NCBI GenBank assembly: GCA_001001555.1
Contig: LCKS01000001.1
Coordinates: 82,066-146,065 of the forward strand
Length of the DNA stretch: 64,000 nt
Reading direction: 5' to 3'
Source: Candidatus Amesbacteria bacterium GW2011_GWC2_45_19
GTDB lineage: Bacteria; Patescibacteriota; Microgenomatia; CAZETR01; Amesbacteraceae
Shown: piece by piece, positions 8,734-17,706 of the stretch
Layout of the letters: every line of letters begins with the position of its first letter
Numbering within the stretch: the stretch's first letter is position 1
Program-made: the position numbers and the translations under genes
Notes under the pieces: generated by a model
The model's database searches: none
Told to the model about the DNA's origin: nothing
The model's input: the letters and a program-made list of their open reading frames with translations, nothing else

Positions 8734-10388
8734 AAAAAGACCTGTTATTGCTTGTGTTGCTGGTGTTGCCTGCTTTTGCCCCGCTATTGCAGCGGGGCTA
8801 CTTCTCCATGCACGACGATATGCAATCTATCCGCCAGATGAAAATGGATCAATGCCTGGCCGACTTGCAATTTCCCTGCCGCTGGAGCTTGGATTTAGGC
8901 TATGGCTACGGATACCCGCTTTTCAATTATTACCCGCCCCTGCCGTATCTTCTCGGTCAGCCTTTCCGCTGGTTAGGCTTTCAGTACATTGACGTCGTCA
9001 AAATAGTCGGGATTTTGGGATTTGTGACCGCCACCTCATTCATGTACTTATTGGGTAAAGAGTTTTGGGGCCGTTTGGGCGGGCTGATTGCGGCCGCGTT
9101 TTACACATATGCTCCATATCACTCCGTAGATTTTTACGTCCGGGGAGCCATGAATGAATTTTGGGCTCTGGCTCTTTTCCCGGCCATCTTCCTCACCACC
9201 TACAAACTCATCTCTACCTCCCAAAAAAAGTGGATTCCCTGGGTGGCTCTTTCAGTTGCCGGCCTCATGCTTTCCCACAACCCCATCCTTATGATTTTTG
9301 CACCGGTTTTGGTTATTTGGTGTCTTTTCTGGATGTTTAAATTTAGGTCAATTAGATTAATTAGGTCAATTAGAAATTTATTCGTCTCCGCTCTCTGGGC
9401 CCTGGGCCTGGCCGCCTTCTTTACCCTGCCGGTTTTGTTTGAAACCAAGTTTGTTTCAGTCTGGACACTGACTGCCGGCTATTTCAACTACCTGGCCCAC
9501 TTTTTGGATTTAAACCAGATATTTTTGCGTATTAATTGGGGCTACGGGGAATCGGTTTACGGCCGGGGAGATACCATGAGTTTTGCCCTGGGCTACCTGC
9601 ACTGGATCATTCCCACTCTTATTTTAATTCTCCTACCGTTCTCCCAAAAACTTAAAAACTTTTCAGCTTTAATTTTGACTGTTGCATTTTTAGTTTTGAG
9701 TTCTTTATTTATGTCTCACTTCAAGGCCACTCCTATCTGGCAAGCATTTCCGCCTTTGGAATTCCTACAATTTCCTTGGCGCTTCCTGACCCTGGCTATC
9801 TTCGCCGCCTCTTTTCTCTCCGGTGCCATCGCTCAAATTTTCCCTAAAAAAATCTTAATCATTTTAATCAGCTTAGTTATCTTAATTAACGGCAATTACT
9901 TCCGTCCCCGTCAGTGGTACCCGGACACGACCGACGCTAAAAAATTCTCTGGCAAATCGTGGCAGTTACTCATTACTTCCGGAATTTTTGACTATCTGCC
10001 CATCTGGGCTCCGCAACCCCCAGCTGATCCGGCCTTAGAGGACATAAAATTTATCAGCGGCGATGGTATCTACTCTACTCTAATTAAAAAAACCAACCGC
10101 CAAGAATTTTTAATCACGATCCAGACGCCCACTGCCGTGGCCGAATTACAGACCTATTACTTCCCGGGATGGAAAATTTGGGTCGATGACAAGCAAGTCA
10201 AAATTGATCCCTCCCGCGACAAAGTCCTGGGCCGGATGCAAATCGATCTTACTCCCGGCAAACATCAAGTCCTCGCCCGCTTCACCGCCACCCCCGTCAG
10301 AACTATCGGCAACACTTTGTCTCTTATAGCTTGGGTGGCTTTAGTTTGCCATTGGTGGAGTCGAAGACCATTTGTCCGCGGTCGTTAG
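8730..10388 (+). CDS. GT-C membrane protein (PTPS-related/YfhO-like)
   Basis: HDD, GYGYPLFNYYPPL, YAPYH, RGAMNE, QFPWRFL, YFPGW. Confidence 0.8.
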   Translation: MKKDLLLLVLLVLPAFAPLLQRGYFSMHDDMQSIRQMKMDQCLADLQFPCRWSLDLGYGYGYPLFNYYPPLPYLLGQPFRWLGFQYIDVVKIVGILGFVTATSFMYLLGKEFWGRLGGLIAAAFYTYAPYHSVDFYVRGAMNEFWALALFPAIFLTTYKLISTSQKKWIPWVALSVAGLMLSHNPILMIFAPVLVIWCLFWMFKFRSIRLIRSIRNLFVSALWALGLAAFFTLPVLFETKFVSVWTLTAGYFNYLAHFLDLNQIFLRINWGYGESVYGRGDTMSFALGYLHWIIPTLILILLPFSQKLKNFSALILTVAFLVLSSLFMSHFKATPIWQAFPPLEFLQFPWRFLTLAIFAASFLSGAIAQIFPKKILIILISLVILINGNYFRPRQWYPDTTDAKKFSGKSWQLLITSGIFDYLPIWAPQPPADPALEDIKFISGDGIYSTLIKKTNRQEFLITIQTPTAVAELQTYYFPGWKIWVDDKQVKIDPSRDKVLGRMQIDLTPGKHQVLARFTATPVRTIGNTLSLIAWVALVCHWWSRRPFVRGR

Positions 10389-10518
10389 GAAAAGGGATTA
10401 GTTTTGCGTTTGTCGAAATATCTTTACATCAACGGTAACGATCGTTACTGGCGGTGTAAATATGATATAATCAGAAAATAGCTTTTGCCCTCGGATCCAA
10501 ACTGAATATTGAATTCCG

Positions 10519-10556
10519 ATAATGTAAAAATAACTTCATGGCGGAAGAAGTGACGC
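10519..10556 (+). repeat. Left direct repeat of the AbrB-VapC cassette (duplicate of the wzx 5' end)
   Basis: ATAATGTAAAAATAACTTCATGGCGGAAGAAGTGACGC versus 11242-11278; 2 substitutions and 1 indel. Confidence 0.9.
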
Positions 10557-10564
10557 CAGCGAAC

Positions 10565-10611
10565 TTCAAGGAGTTGACAAGGGTTCCTTGAAGGGGTATG
10601 CTTTCCTTGAA
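10565..10611 (+). promoter_or_regulatory. Sigma70 promoter of the TA operon with probable operator
   Basis: TTGACA(10574)-17 nt-TATGCT(10597). TTCAAGGA/TCCTTGAA inverted repeat, plus a second TTCCTTGAA just before the ATG. Confidence 0.7.
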
Positions 10612-10857
10612 ATGACTTATACTGCTACTCTCACTGGCAAGCAACAGCTCACTATCCCGGCCGATCTCTTCCGCCGACTCAATTGGAAAATTGGCCAAAA
10701 AGTTCTTATTTCCCAAAACGGCAGCGTGTTATCTGTCACGGCTGCCTTAGACCTGATAGACAGACTGGCAGGATCGGTACCATTACCCAAAAAGTTTAAG
10801 GGGTTGACCATTGATCAGATTATTGACCGGGCCACTAGTGAAAATCACTCCAAATGA
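10612..10857 (+). CDS. AbrB/MazE/SpoVT-family antitoxin
   Basis: ATLTGKQQLTIPADLFRRLNWKIGQKV; coupled to a PIN gene by ATGA. Confidence 0.85.
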   Translation: MTYTATLTGKQQLTIPADLFRRLNWKIGQKVLISQNGSVLSVTAALDLIDRLAGSVPLPKKFKGLTIDQIIDRATSENHSK

Positions 10858-11234
10858 CATTTGTCGACACTAATTATTTTTTGAGATTTCTTCTAGCTGA
10901 TGTCTCCTCCCAACACAAGCTGGCCAAAGCCCTTTTCCAACAAGCCGCCGGGGGCAAAGTTTCTTTGTTTACATCCGCCGTCGTCATCTTTGAAATATAT
11001 TGGGTTCTTCTCTCTGTATATAGCAAAAACAAAGACCAAATTACCGCCACTTTAGACTCTTTACTAGACATGAGTTTTATAGATTTCGAGCACCACTCCT
11101 TGCTAAAACAAGCCATATCTCTATACGCACATTCTTCTCTCGGATTAGTCGACGCATTTAATCTTTTCTATGCCAAATCTTTGAACGCTAAGGATTTTAA
11201 AACCTTTGACACCACGCTCTCCCGCCACTTCTAA
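10854..11234 (+). CDS. vapC: PIN-domain (VapC-like) toxin
   Basis: FVDTNYFLR, E, LVDA and TFD acidic PIN residues; 126 aa. Confidence 0.85.
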   Translation: MTFVDTNYFLRFLLADVSSQHKLAKALFQQAAGGKVSLFTSAVVIFEIYWVLLSVYSKNKDQITATLDSLLDMSFIDFEHHSLLKQAISLYAHSSLGLVDAFNLFYAKSLNAKDFKTFDTTLSRHF

Positions 11235-11241
11235 ACTACCT

Positions 11242-11278
11242 ATAATGTAAAATGACTTCATGGCGGAAGAAGTCACGC
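11242..11278 (+). repeat. Right direct repeat of the AbrB-VapC cassette (functional wzx 5' end)
   Basis: ATAATGTAAAATGACTTCATGGCGGAAGAAGTCACGC. Confidence 0.9.
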
Positions 11279-12720
11279 TGGGGGATGTAGATTTGACCAC
11301 AGTCAAAGCCAGAACCGTTTCGGGCGTAGTCACGCTTATCAGCCGCTCATTCTTGCTCCAATTCGTAGCCACCGGCGGCTTTTTGGCCCTGTCTATTTTT
11401 TTGGGCCGTCCGGAAATTGGCCTGTTTATCGCCGTTAACGACCTGGTTTCCATCTTAGGCTATTTTTCCGACATCGGCCTGGCCGCATCCTTGATTCAAA
11501 AAAAGGACCAAGTAACCATCACCGACCTGCGTACCACCTTCACCATCCAGCAAATTATAGTATTAATTCTCATTTCTCTATCTCTATCTCTATCTCCGTG
11601 GCTGTTTAATTTCTACCACATTGGCAATGGAGGAACCTGGCTGTTTTATAGCTTATTGGCAGCTTTTTTCCTGGCTTCCCTGAAAACTATCCCTTCGGTT
11701 ATTTTGGAGCGCAAACTGCAATTTAAAGAGCTGGCGGCCGTCGAGGTGGTAGAGACCGTCATCTTCTATAGTATTGCGGTTCTTTTGGCTTGGCGGGGCG
11801 GGGGAGTCATGTCATATGCCTGGGCGGTCGTCTTCCGGGGCCTAATCGGAACTGTTATGATTTACTGGCTATCTCCCTGGAAAATCGGTCTGGCTGTCTC
11901 CATATCTTCTCTCAAATCTCTGCTCTCATTTGGATTGCCATATCAAATAAATTCTTTAGTGGCCACCGTCAAGGACCGGTTTATAAATATTATTCTCTGG
12001 AAAATTATCGGCGCCGACGGGGTGGGCATTATTGGCTGGGCTCAAACCTGGTCCCAAAAACCCCTGCGCTTTATTATGGATAATGTCACTCGGGTCACCT
12101 TCCCCAGCTTTGCTCGTCTCCAAGACAATCCCGCAGAATTGCGTCAAGCAATTGAGCGCACCCTGTTTTTTATCACCCTGATTACTTTCCCGATTCTGGC
12201 CGGCCTGGCCGTCTTTGCTCCCCAATTAATCACGCTCATTCCCCGTTATTCCAAATGGCAGCCGGCTCTTCTGGCTCTGGTTTTGTATTGTTTTAATTCT
12301 GCCTGGGCCAGCGTCTCTACTCCCCTGACCAATACCCTTAACGCCTTGGGCAAAGTCAAAACTAATACTTACTTAATGCTTATGTGGACCGCCCTCACCT
12401 GGATACTTGTCCCATACTTTGCCTACCGCCTAGGCTACAACGGAGTGGCCTATGCTACAGCTTTGATTGCCCTTTCGTCAGTCGTTCCCATTATTATCGT
12501 CAAGCGCCTAACCCACTTTAGTTTAATAAACGGCGTTCTCAAACCTTTAACTGCCACTTTGGTAATGATTGCCGGAGCTCTTCTGCTCACTCCGTTGCCC
12601 TTGATAATTAACATGATTATCTCCCTGTTACTATTTACCATTACTGTTTACTTATTGGTCGGTCCGGATCTATTTGTGCAAACATGGAAAAAAATAATCA
12701 CCGCCCGCCTTGGTCGCTAA
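11260..12720 (+). CDS. wzx: Wzx-type oligosaccharide flippase (MOP/PST family)
   Basis: SDIGLAASLIQKK, LERKLQFK, LSFGLP, VTFPSFARLQ; about 12-14 TM. Confidence 0.88.
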   Translation: MAEEVTLGDVDLTTVKARTVSGVVTLISRSFLLQFVATGGFLALSIFLGRPEIGLFIAVNDLVSILGYFSDIGLAASLIQKKDQVTITDLRTTFTIQQIIVLILISLSLSLSPWLFNFYHIGNGGTWLFYSLLAAFFLASLKTIPSVILERKLQFKELAAVEVVETVIFYSIAVLLAWRGGGVMSYAWAVVFRGLIGTVMIYWLSPWKIGLAVSISSLKSLLSFGLPYQINSLVATVKDRFINIILWKIIGADGVGIIGWAQTWSQKPLRFIMDNVTRVTFPSFARLQDNPAELRQAIERTLFFITLITFPILAGLAVFAPQLITLIPRYSKWQPALLALVLYCFNSAWASVSTPLTNTLNALGKVKTNTYLMLMWTALTWILVPYFAYRLGYNGVAYATALIALSSVVPIIIVKRLTHFSLINGVLKPLTATLVMIAGALLLTPLPLIINMIISLLLFTITVYLLVGPDLFVQTWKKIITARLGR

Positions 12721-14249
12721 TAATTATAGGCACTATTATCTGGTCGTTGACCATGGTCAAGAGCGGCTGGATATATCCGTATGGCATGGGTTTTTGGGGG
12801 GCCAACGGCCACGACGGCATTTGGCACCTGTCTCTTGTCGAAAGCCTGTCCCGCGGCAGTTTGGCTATGCCCATGTTTGCCGGTGAAGTCATCAAAAATT
12901 ATCACCTGGGCTTTGATCTGATCTTGGCTGGTCTGCATCGCCTAACGGGAATTCCGGTAGTGAACTTATATTTTCAGATTGCTCCACCCGTTCTGGCTCT
13001 CTTAATCGGATTTTTGACTTTTAAACTTACCCGCAATTTATGGTCGGTTTTCTTCGTTTATTTCGGCGGCAACTGGGCCTGGATTTTAGGAAAAGGGGAA
13101 TCCACTTTCTGGTCCCAGGCCTCTATTTCTACCCTTATCAACCCTCCCTACGCACTTTCGCTAGTTGTCATTTTGTTAGGCCTAATATTACTCGATAAAA
13201 AACGTTATTTACTGGCCGGATTAATTTTTGGCCTGCTGGTGCAGATCAAAATTTACGCCGCTATTCTGATCATCGCCGGGCTGGGGGTAGCCGCTTTCAA
13301 AAACCGCCACCTTTTCAAAACTTTAGTGGCCACGCTTTTGGTCTCTCTGCCGTTATATCTGATTACTAACCGCCAATCCGCGTCTCTTATCGTCTTCCAG
13401 CCTGGGTGGTTTTTGGAAACCATGATGGCTCTGTCTGACCGGCTGAATTGGCCGCGGTTTTATGAAGCTATGACCAATTATCGCGCCGCGGGCAACTGGC
13501 TCAAGGCCGCACTAGCTTACGCTGCGGCCCTGGCTATTTTTGTAATTGGCAACCTGGGCACGCGCCTAATATTTTTGGCCCGTAAATTAAATCTGTTTTA
13601 CATAACCATTATTGTCCTAGGTGTTATTTTGCCCATGTTGTTTCTGCAATCCGGTACTCCCTGGAACACCATTCAATTTTTTTATTACCCCCTCTTCTTC
13701 GCCAGTCTTCTCGCTGGCGAATATTTGAAAATTGTAAATTTCAAATTTCAAATTTTGATAGTTCTTTTGACATTGCCCACCACCCTAATTACTCTGCGTG
13801 ACGTTTATCTGCCTTCGCGGCCTCCGGCTATGATTTCCCGTTCGGAGCTGGAAGCCCTGCAATTTCTGCGCGCCCAACCGCCGGGGATTGTTTTGACGCC
13901 CGTCGTTAATCCCAACCCTTATTCTCCACCCCCCAGGCCTTTATATCTCTACGAATCAACGGCCTATGTCTCTGCCCTCTCCGGCCAGCCGGTGTATATG
14001 GAAGACGAAGTCAATCTAAACATCACCACTTATGCCTGGCCGGTCCGCCGCCAAGTTATTCTTGATTTATTCGCCACCGGCGATGCTTCTGTTGCCGCCA
14101 AATTTCTCTCTGATAATAATATCCGTTATCTCTACCTGCCCCAAGTGGCCTTCGTTCGCCCCCGCCTTAGTGAAACGGCTTTAGGCATGACCAAGCTATT
14201 TGAAAATTCCCAGGTAGCTATTTGGGCCAGGTCAATTCTGCTAAAATAG
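12684..14249 (+). CDS. GT-C membrane protein with a soluble C-terminal domain, possibly STT3/AglB-like
   Basis: HDGIWHLSLVE, NYHLGFD, multi-TM, then ELEALQFLR...NIRYLYL...KLFENSQVAIW. Confidence 0.6.
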   Translation: MEKNNHRPPWSLIIIGTIIWSLTMVKSGWIYPYGMGFWGANGHDGIWHLSLVESLSRGSLAMPMFAGEVIKNYHLGFDLILAGLHRLTGIPVVNLYFQIAPPVLALLIGFLTFKLTRNLWSVFFVYFGGNWAWILGKGESTFWSQASISTLINPPYALSLVVILLGLILLDKKRYLLAGLIFGLLVQIKIYAAILIIAGLGVAAFKNRHLFKTLVATLLVSLPLYLITNRQSASLIVFQPGWFLETMMALSDRLNWPRFYEAMTNYRAAGNWLKAALAYAAALAIFVIGNLGTRLIFLARKLNLFYITIIVLGVILPMLFLQSGTPWNTIQFFYYPLFFASLLAGEYLKIVNFKFQILIVLLTLPTTLITLRDVYLPSRPPAMISRSELEALQFLRAQPPGIVLTPVVNPNPYSPPPRPLYLYESTAYVSALSGQPVYMEDEVNLNITTYAWPVRRQVILDLFATGDASVAAKFLSDNNIRYLYLPQVAFVRPRLSETALGMTKLFENSQVAIWARSILLK

Positions 14250-14253
14250 AGGC

Positions 14254-15093
14254 ATGCTCTCGGTGGTAATTACGGCCTGGAACGAAGAGAAGGATATCGC
14301 CCGGGCTCTTTCCTCGGTTAAGAAGCTAGCGGATGAAATAGTAGTTGTCGTCGATGAGGCAACCACGGACCGCACCGCCCAAGTCGCCAAAAAACTGGGA
14401 GCCAAAGTTTTTTCTCATCCCCACGCCGGCATCGTTGAGCCCATGCGCAATTTCTCCATTTCCAAGGCTACGGGTGACTGGATTCTTCTTCTGGACGCAG
14501 ATGAGGAAATTTCGGCCAGTCTGGCCAAAAAGATCAAGGAATTAATCAAGGATCCTTCCGCCGATTACTATCGTCTGCCCCGCAAAAATATCATTTTTGA
14601 CAAATGGATTACTTCAGACCATTGGTGGCCGGATTATGTGTACCGCCTTTTCCGCCGCGGCGCCGTTACTTGGGAAGATACTGTCCATAGTATTCCTGTT
14701 ACGTATGGCCAGGGTCGGGATCTACCCGCCCAGGAAGAATTAAGTTTAGTGCATCACAATTATTCCACTGTGAGCGAGTACTTGGAACAGATTGACCGCT
14801 ATACCAAAGTCTCCTTGCCCGCAACTTTTGCGCCTTCTGACCTGGTGATTAAACCCATTGGAGAGTTTTTGAGTCAATACTTTGCCCGCCGGGGATATAC
14901 CCAGGGATTGCACGGGTTAGCCTTAGCCGGCTTGCAAATGTTTTCGGAATTCGTGCGCTATCTTAAGGCGTGGCAAAGCCGGGATTTTGTCCAAACAGAG
15001 TTCGGCTCACAGGACCTGACAGCCCAGTTAAAAAACAAAGCCCGTGAGTATCGCTGGTGGAAATCTCCTCCCTGGCTTCGGCCCTGGCTATGA
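14254..15093 (+). CDS. GT2 glycosyltransferase (WaaE/KdtX-like)
   Basis: LSVVITAWNEE, RNFSI, LDADE, WPDYVYRLF. Confidence 0.85.
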   Translation: MLSVVITAWNEEKDIARALSSVKKLADEIVVVVDEATTDRTAQVAKKLGAKVFSHPHAGIVEPMRNFSISKATGDWILLLDADEEISASLAKKIKELIKDPSADYYRLPRKNIIFDKWITSDHWWPDYVYRLFRRGAVTWEDTVHSIPVTYGQGRDLPAQEELSLVHHNYSTVSEYLEQIDRYTKVSLPATFAPSDLVIKPIGEFLSQYFARRGYTQGLHGLALAGLQMFSEFVRYLKAWQSRDFVQTEFGSQDLTAQLKNKAREYRWWKSPPWLRPWL

Positions 15094-15964
15094 AAGTAAC
15101 CATTATTGTTCTTAATTGGAACGGCGAAAAATATATTATCTCCTGTTTGCAATCTTTGCGGCGTTTGGCAGTCCGTCCCCACCGGATAGAAGTAATAGTA
15201 GTGGACAATACCTCCACCGACCATTCGGTTGGGCTGATTAAAAAAAAGTTTCCCCAGCTTTTGCTTATCCAAGCCGGCCAAAATCTAGGCTACGCCGGAG
15301 GTAACAACATTGGTCTGCAATATGCCCTGGATCAGGGCAGCGACTTCGCCTGGATTGTCAACCCCGACGTCCAAGTTCATCCCCAAAGCTTGCTGGCTCT
15401 GCTGGAGGCCGCCTCAACCCATCCGGACGGCGGTATTTTTGGCTCCAAATGTTATTTCGCCAAAGGCTACGAGTTTCACAAAGACCGTTACACTCCTTCC
15501 CAACTGGGCCAGGTCATCTGGTATGCCGGAGGCAAGATCGATTGGGCTAACCTCATTACTCAACATATAGGCATTGATGAAGTAGACATCGGCCAATACA
15601 ACCAGACCAGGGAAACTGATACTGTCACTGGCACCTCATTTTTTATCCGCAGGCAAGTTCTGGAACAAATTGGCCTGATTGACCCTAAATATTTTTTGTA
15701 TTACGAGGAAACTGATCTCTGCGTCAGGGCTTCCCGCGCGGGCTGGAAACTGTTGGCCAGGCTTCTGGCATAGGTTCACCGTTGGCCGACTATTACACTA
15801 CCCGCAACCGGTTACTCTTCGGTCTGCGCTGGGCTCTTTGGCGCACCAAACTAGCTCTTTTCCGTGAGTCGCTCCGTCTGCTTTTTTCCAGCCGGCCGTG
15901 GCAGAAAAGGGGAGTAGTAGATTTTTATCTTGGCCGCTTCGGCCGGGGATCATATGTTAAGTAG
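15090..15964 (+). pseudogene. GT2 (WbbL/rhamnosyltransferase-like), frameshifted near 15751
   Basis: VLNWNG, NLGYAGGNN, VNPD, FLYYEETD. The tail VGQASGIGSPLADYYTTRNR is in another frame and the usual ...WH segment is missing. Confidence 0.7.
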
Positions 15965-16712
15965 CATCATCATTACCAAAAATGAAGAAGACATGATCGG
16001 AGAATGTCTGCTGTCTCTGGAGTTTTCCGACGAAATTATAGTGGTTGATACCGGTAATACCGATTCCACCGACGATATTGCTAAATCATTCGGAGCCAGA
16101 ATCGTTACAAGTAATAGTAATAGCTACGCCGAATTTAGGAACGCCGGGCTTAAAGCCGCCCGCGGGGACTGGATCTTGTATGTAGATGCCGACGAACGGG
16201 TAACTCCTTTACTCAAAAAAGAGATTGAGCAAATAATGTTCTCACCAGATTCAGCCTCAGCTTATCAAATTCTCCGCAAAAATATTTATTTGGGTAAAGA
16301 GATGCGTTTCGGCGGCTGGGGCGGCGACCGGGTCATCCGGCTATTTAAAAGATCCGCCCTGCAAAGATACGAGGGCCAGCTTCACGAACAACCGGTTTTC
16401 ACCGGCAATCTCCTCACTACCCACTACGAACTAACCCACTACTCACATAGAGACCTATCTTCAATGTTAGATAAGACCTTAGATTTTACAGCCTACGAAA
16501 CCCGGTTGCGCCTGGCCGCCGGCCATCCGCCTCTGGCTTGGTGGAGATTCTTGCGGGTCATGCTCACCGAGTTTTGGCTGCGTTTCGTCAAGTTGTCCGC
16601 CTGGCGCGACGGTGTGGAAGGCGTCATCGATGGAATTTTCCAAGTATTCAACATGTTTGTTATCTATGCCCGCCTTTGGAAACTGCAAAATGAAAAGCGC
16701 CGCCATATTTAG
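15954..16712 (+). CDS. GT2 glycosyltransferase (WaaE/KdtX-like)
   Basis: IITKNEE, RNAGL, YVDADER, LHE. Confidence 0.85.
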   Translation: MLSSIIITKNEEDMIGECLLSLEFSDEIIVVDTGNTDSTDDIAKSFGARIVTSNSNSYAEFRNAGLKAARGDWILYVDADERVTPLLKKEIEQIMFSPDSASAYQILRKNIYLGKEMRFGGWGGDRVIRLFKRSALQRYEGQLHEQPVFTGNLLTTHYELTHYSHRDLSSMLDKTLDFTAYETRLRLAAGHPPLAWWRFLRVMLTEFWLRFVKLSAWRDGVEGVIDGIFQVFNMFVIYARLWKLQNEKRRHI

Positions 16713-17706
16713 TCCAACTTGGGATTCTTTGGGGGGTGGAGAAAGATACGCCGCCGCCTTTGCCAAATTGCTTTTGGAAAAAGGCTATAAAGTTGATATC
16801 TGGTGGCCTCACAACATTTCCACTGCCATCAAAGCCAGGTTTGGCATCGACGTCTCGCGTGCCGATTTTGTCCCTTTTCCTAAAAACGATCAACTATCAA
16901 CTATCAACTATCAACTGGTATTCTGGGTCAGCAACGGCAGCCTGCCGACTTCTCTGGCTAAAAGAACTCTCGTCCATTATCAAATTCCCTTTCGCAATCC
17001 GGGATTTCTCAACAAAATCAAAGCCCGTTTTTACACTTCAGTCTGCAATTCTATTTTTACCAAGCAAGTTATAGACCAAACATACGGCATTAACTCCCAA
17101 GTAATTTACCCGCCGGTCGATTTGGAGTACTTCCCTCCTCAATCCAAAACTAACTCTATCGTTTCCATCGCCCGTTTTTCTACCCTTCTCCATGCCAAAC
17201 GTCAGGATACTCTCATCGAAGCTTTCTCCCGCATTTCTTCTCAACTCCCGGGATGGGAGCTGATTTTAGCCGGGGGTTCTACAGACCCAAAGTATGTATA
17301 TAGTCTCAGGAAACAAGTAAAAAACCTGCCTGTCAAAATTATTACTAACCCCTCTCTTCCTAAATTAAGACAACTTTTAAGCTCTGCTAAAGTTTTTTGG
17401 TCGGCTACAGGTTTCGGTGTCAGCCCTGCCGCTCATCCGGAAAAAATGGAACACTTCGGCATTACCACGGTGGAAGCCATGGCAGCCGGGGCGGTACCCT
17501 TAGTCACCAACGCCGGCGGGCACAAGGAGACAGTCGTCCCTGGTCAATCTGGCTATTTATGGGATTCGATTGATCAACTAGTAAAATACACAGTCTCTCT
17601 ATCAAAAGACGAATCGCAGCTCCAAAAAATGGCCAGGCAAGCCCAAAAGCGGAGTAAACTGTTTTCAACTGCGGTTTTTAATACCCAATTTTCAAAATTG
17701 ATATGA
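16690..17706 (+). CDS. GT4 glycosyltransferase
   Basis: GGGERY, NSIFT, YPPVD, EHFGITTVEAMAAG. Confidence 0.88.
   Translation: MKSAAIFSPTWDSLGGGERYAAAFAKLLLEKGYKVDIWWPHNISTAIKARFGIDVSRADFVPFPKNDQLSTINYQLVFWVSNGSLPTSLAKRTLVHYQIPFRNPGFLNKIKARFYTSVCNSIFTKQVIDQTYGINSQVIYPPVDLEYFPPQSKTNSIVSIARFSTLLHAKRQDTLIEAFSRISSQLPGWELILAGGSTDPKYVYSLRKQVKNLPVKIITNPSLPKLRQLLSSAKVFWSATGFGVSPAAHPEKMEHFGITTVEAMAAGAVPLVTNAGGHKETVVPGQSGYLWDSIDQLVKYTVSLSKDESQLQKMARQAQKRSKLFSTAVFNTQFSKLI
16889..16916 (+). repeat. Heptamer tandem repeat (ATCAACT)x4 inside the GT4 gene
   Basis: Four perfect copies; encodes QLSTINYQL. Confidence 0.9.

Noticed and set aside
10350-10518. Gap before the AbrB cassette, with TGATATAAT near 10464, as an ncRNA or small gene
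   Set aside because: No convincing ORF, tRNA fold or stable structure. It may be an insertion remnant, but I cannot support a call.
11574-11596. (ATCTCT)n hexamer run in wzx
   Set aside because: A short, frame-preserving Ser-Leu repeat; unremarkable on its own.
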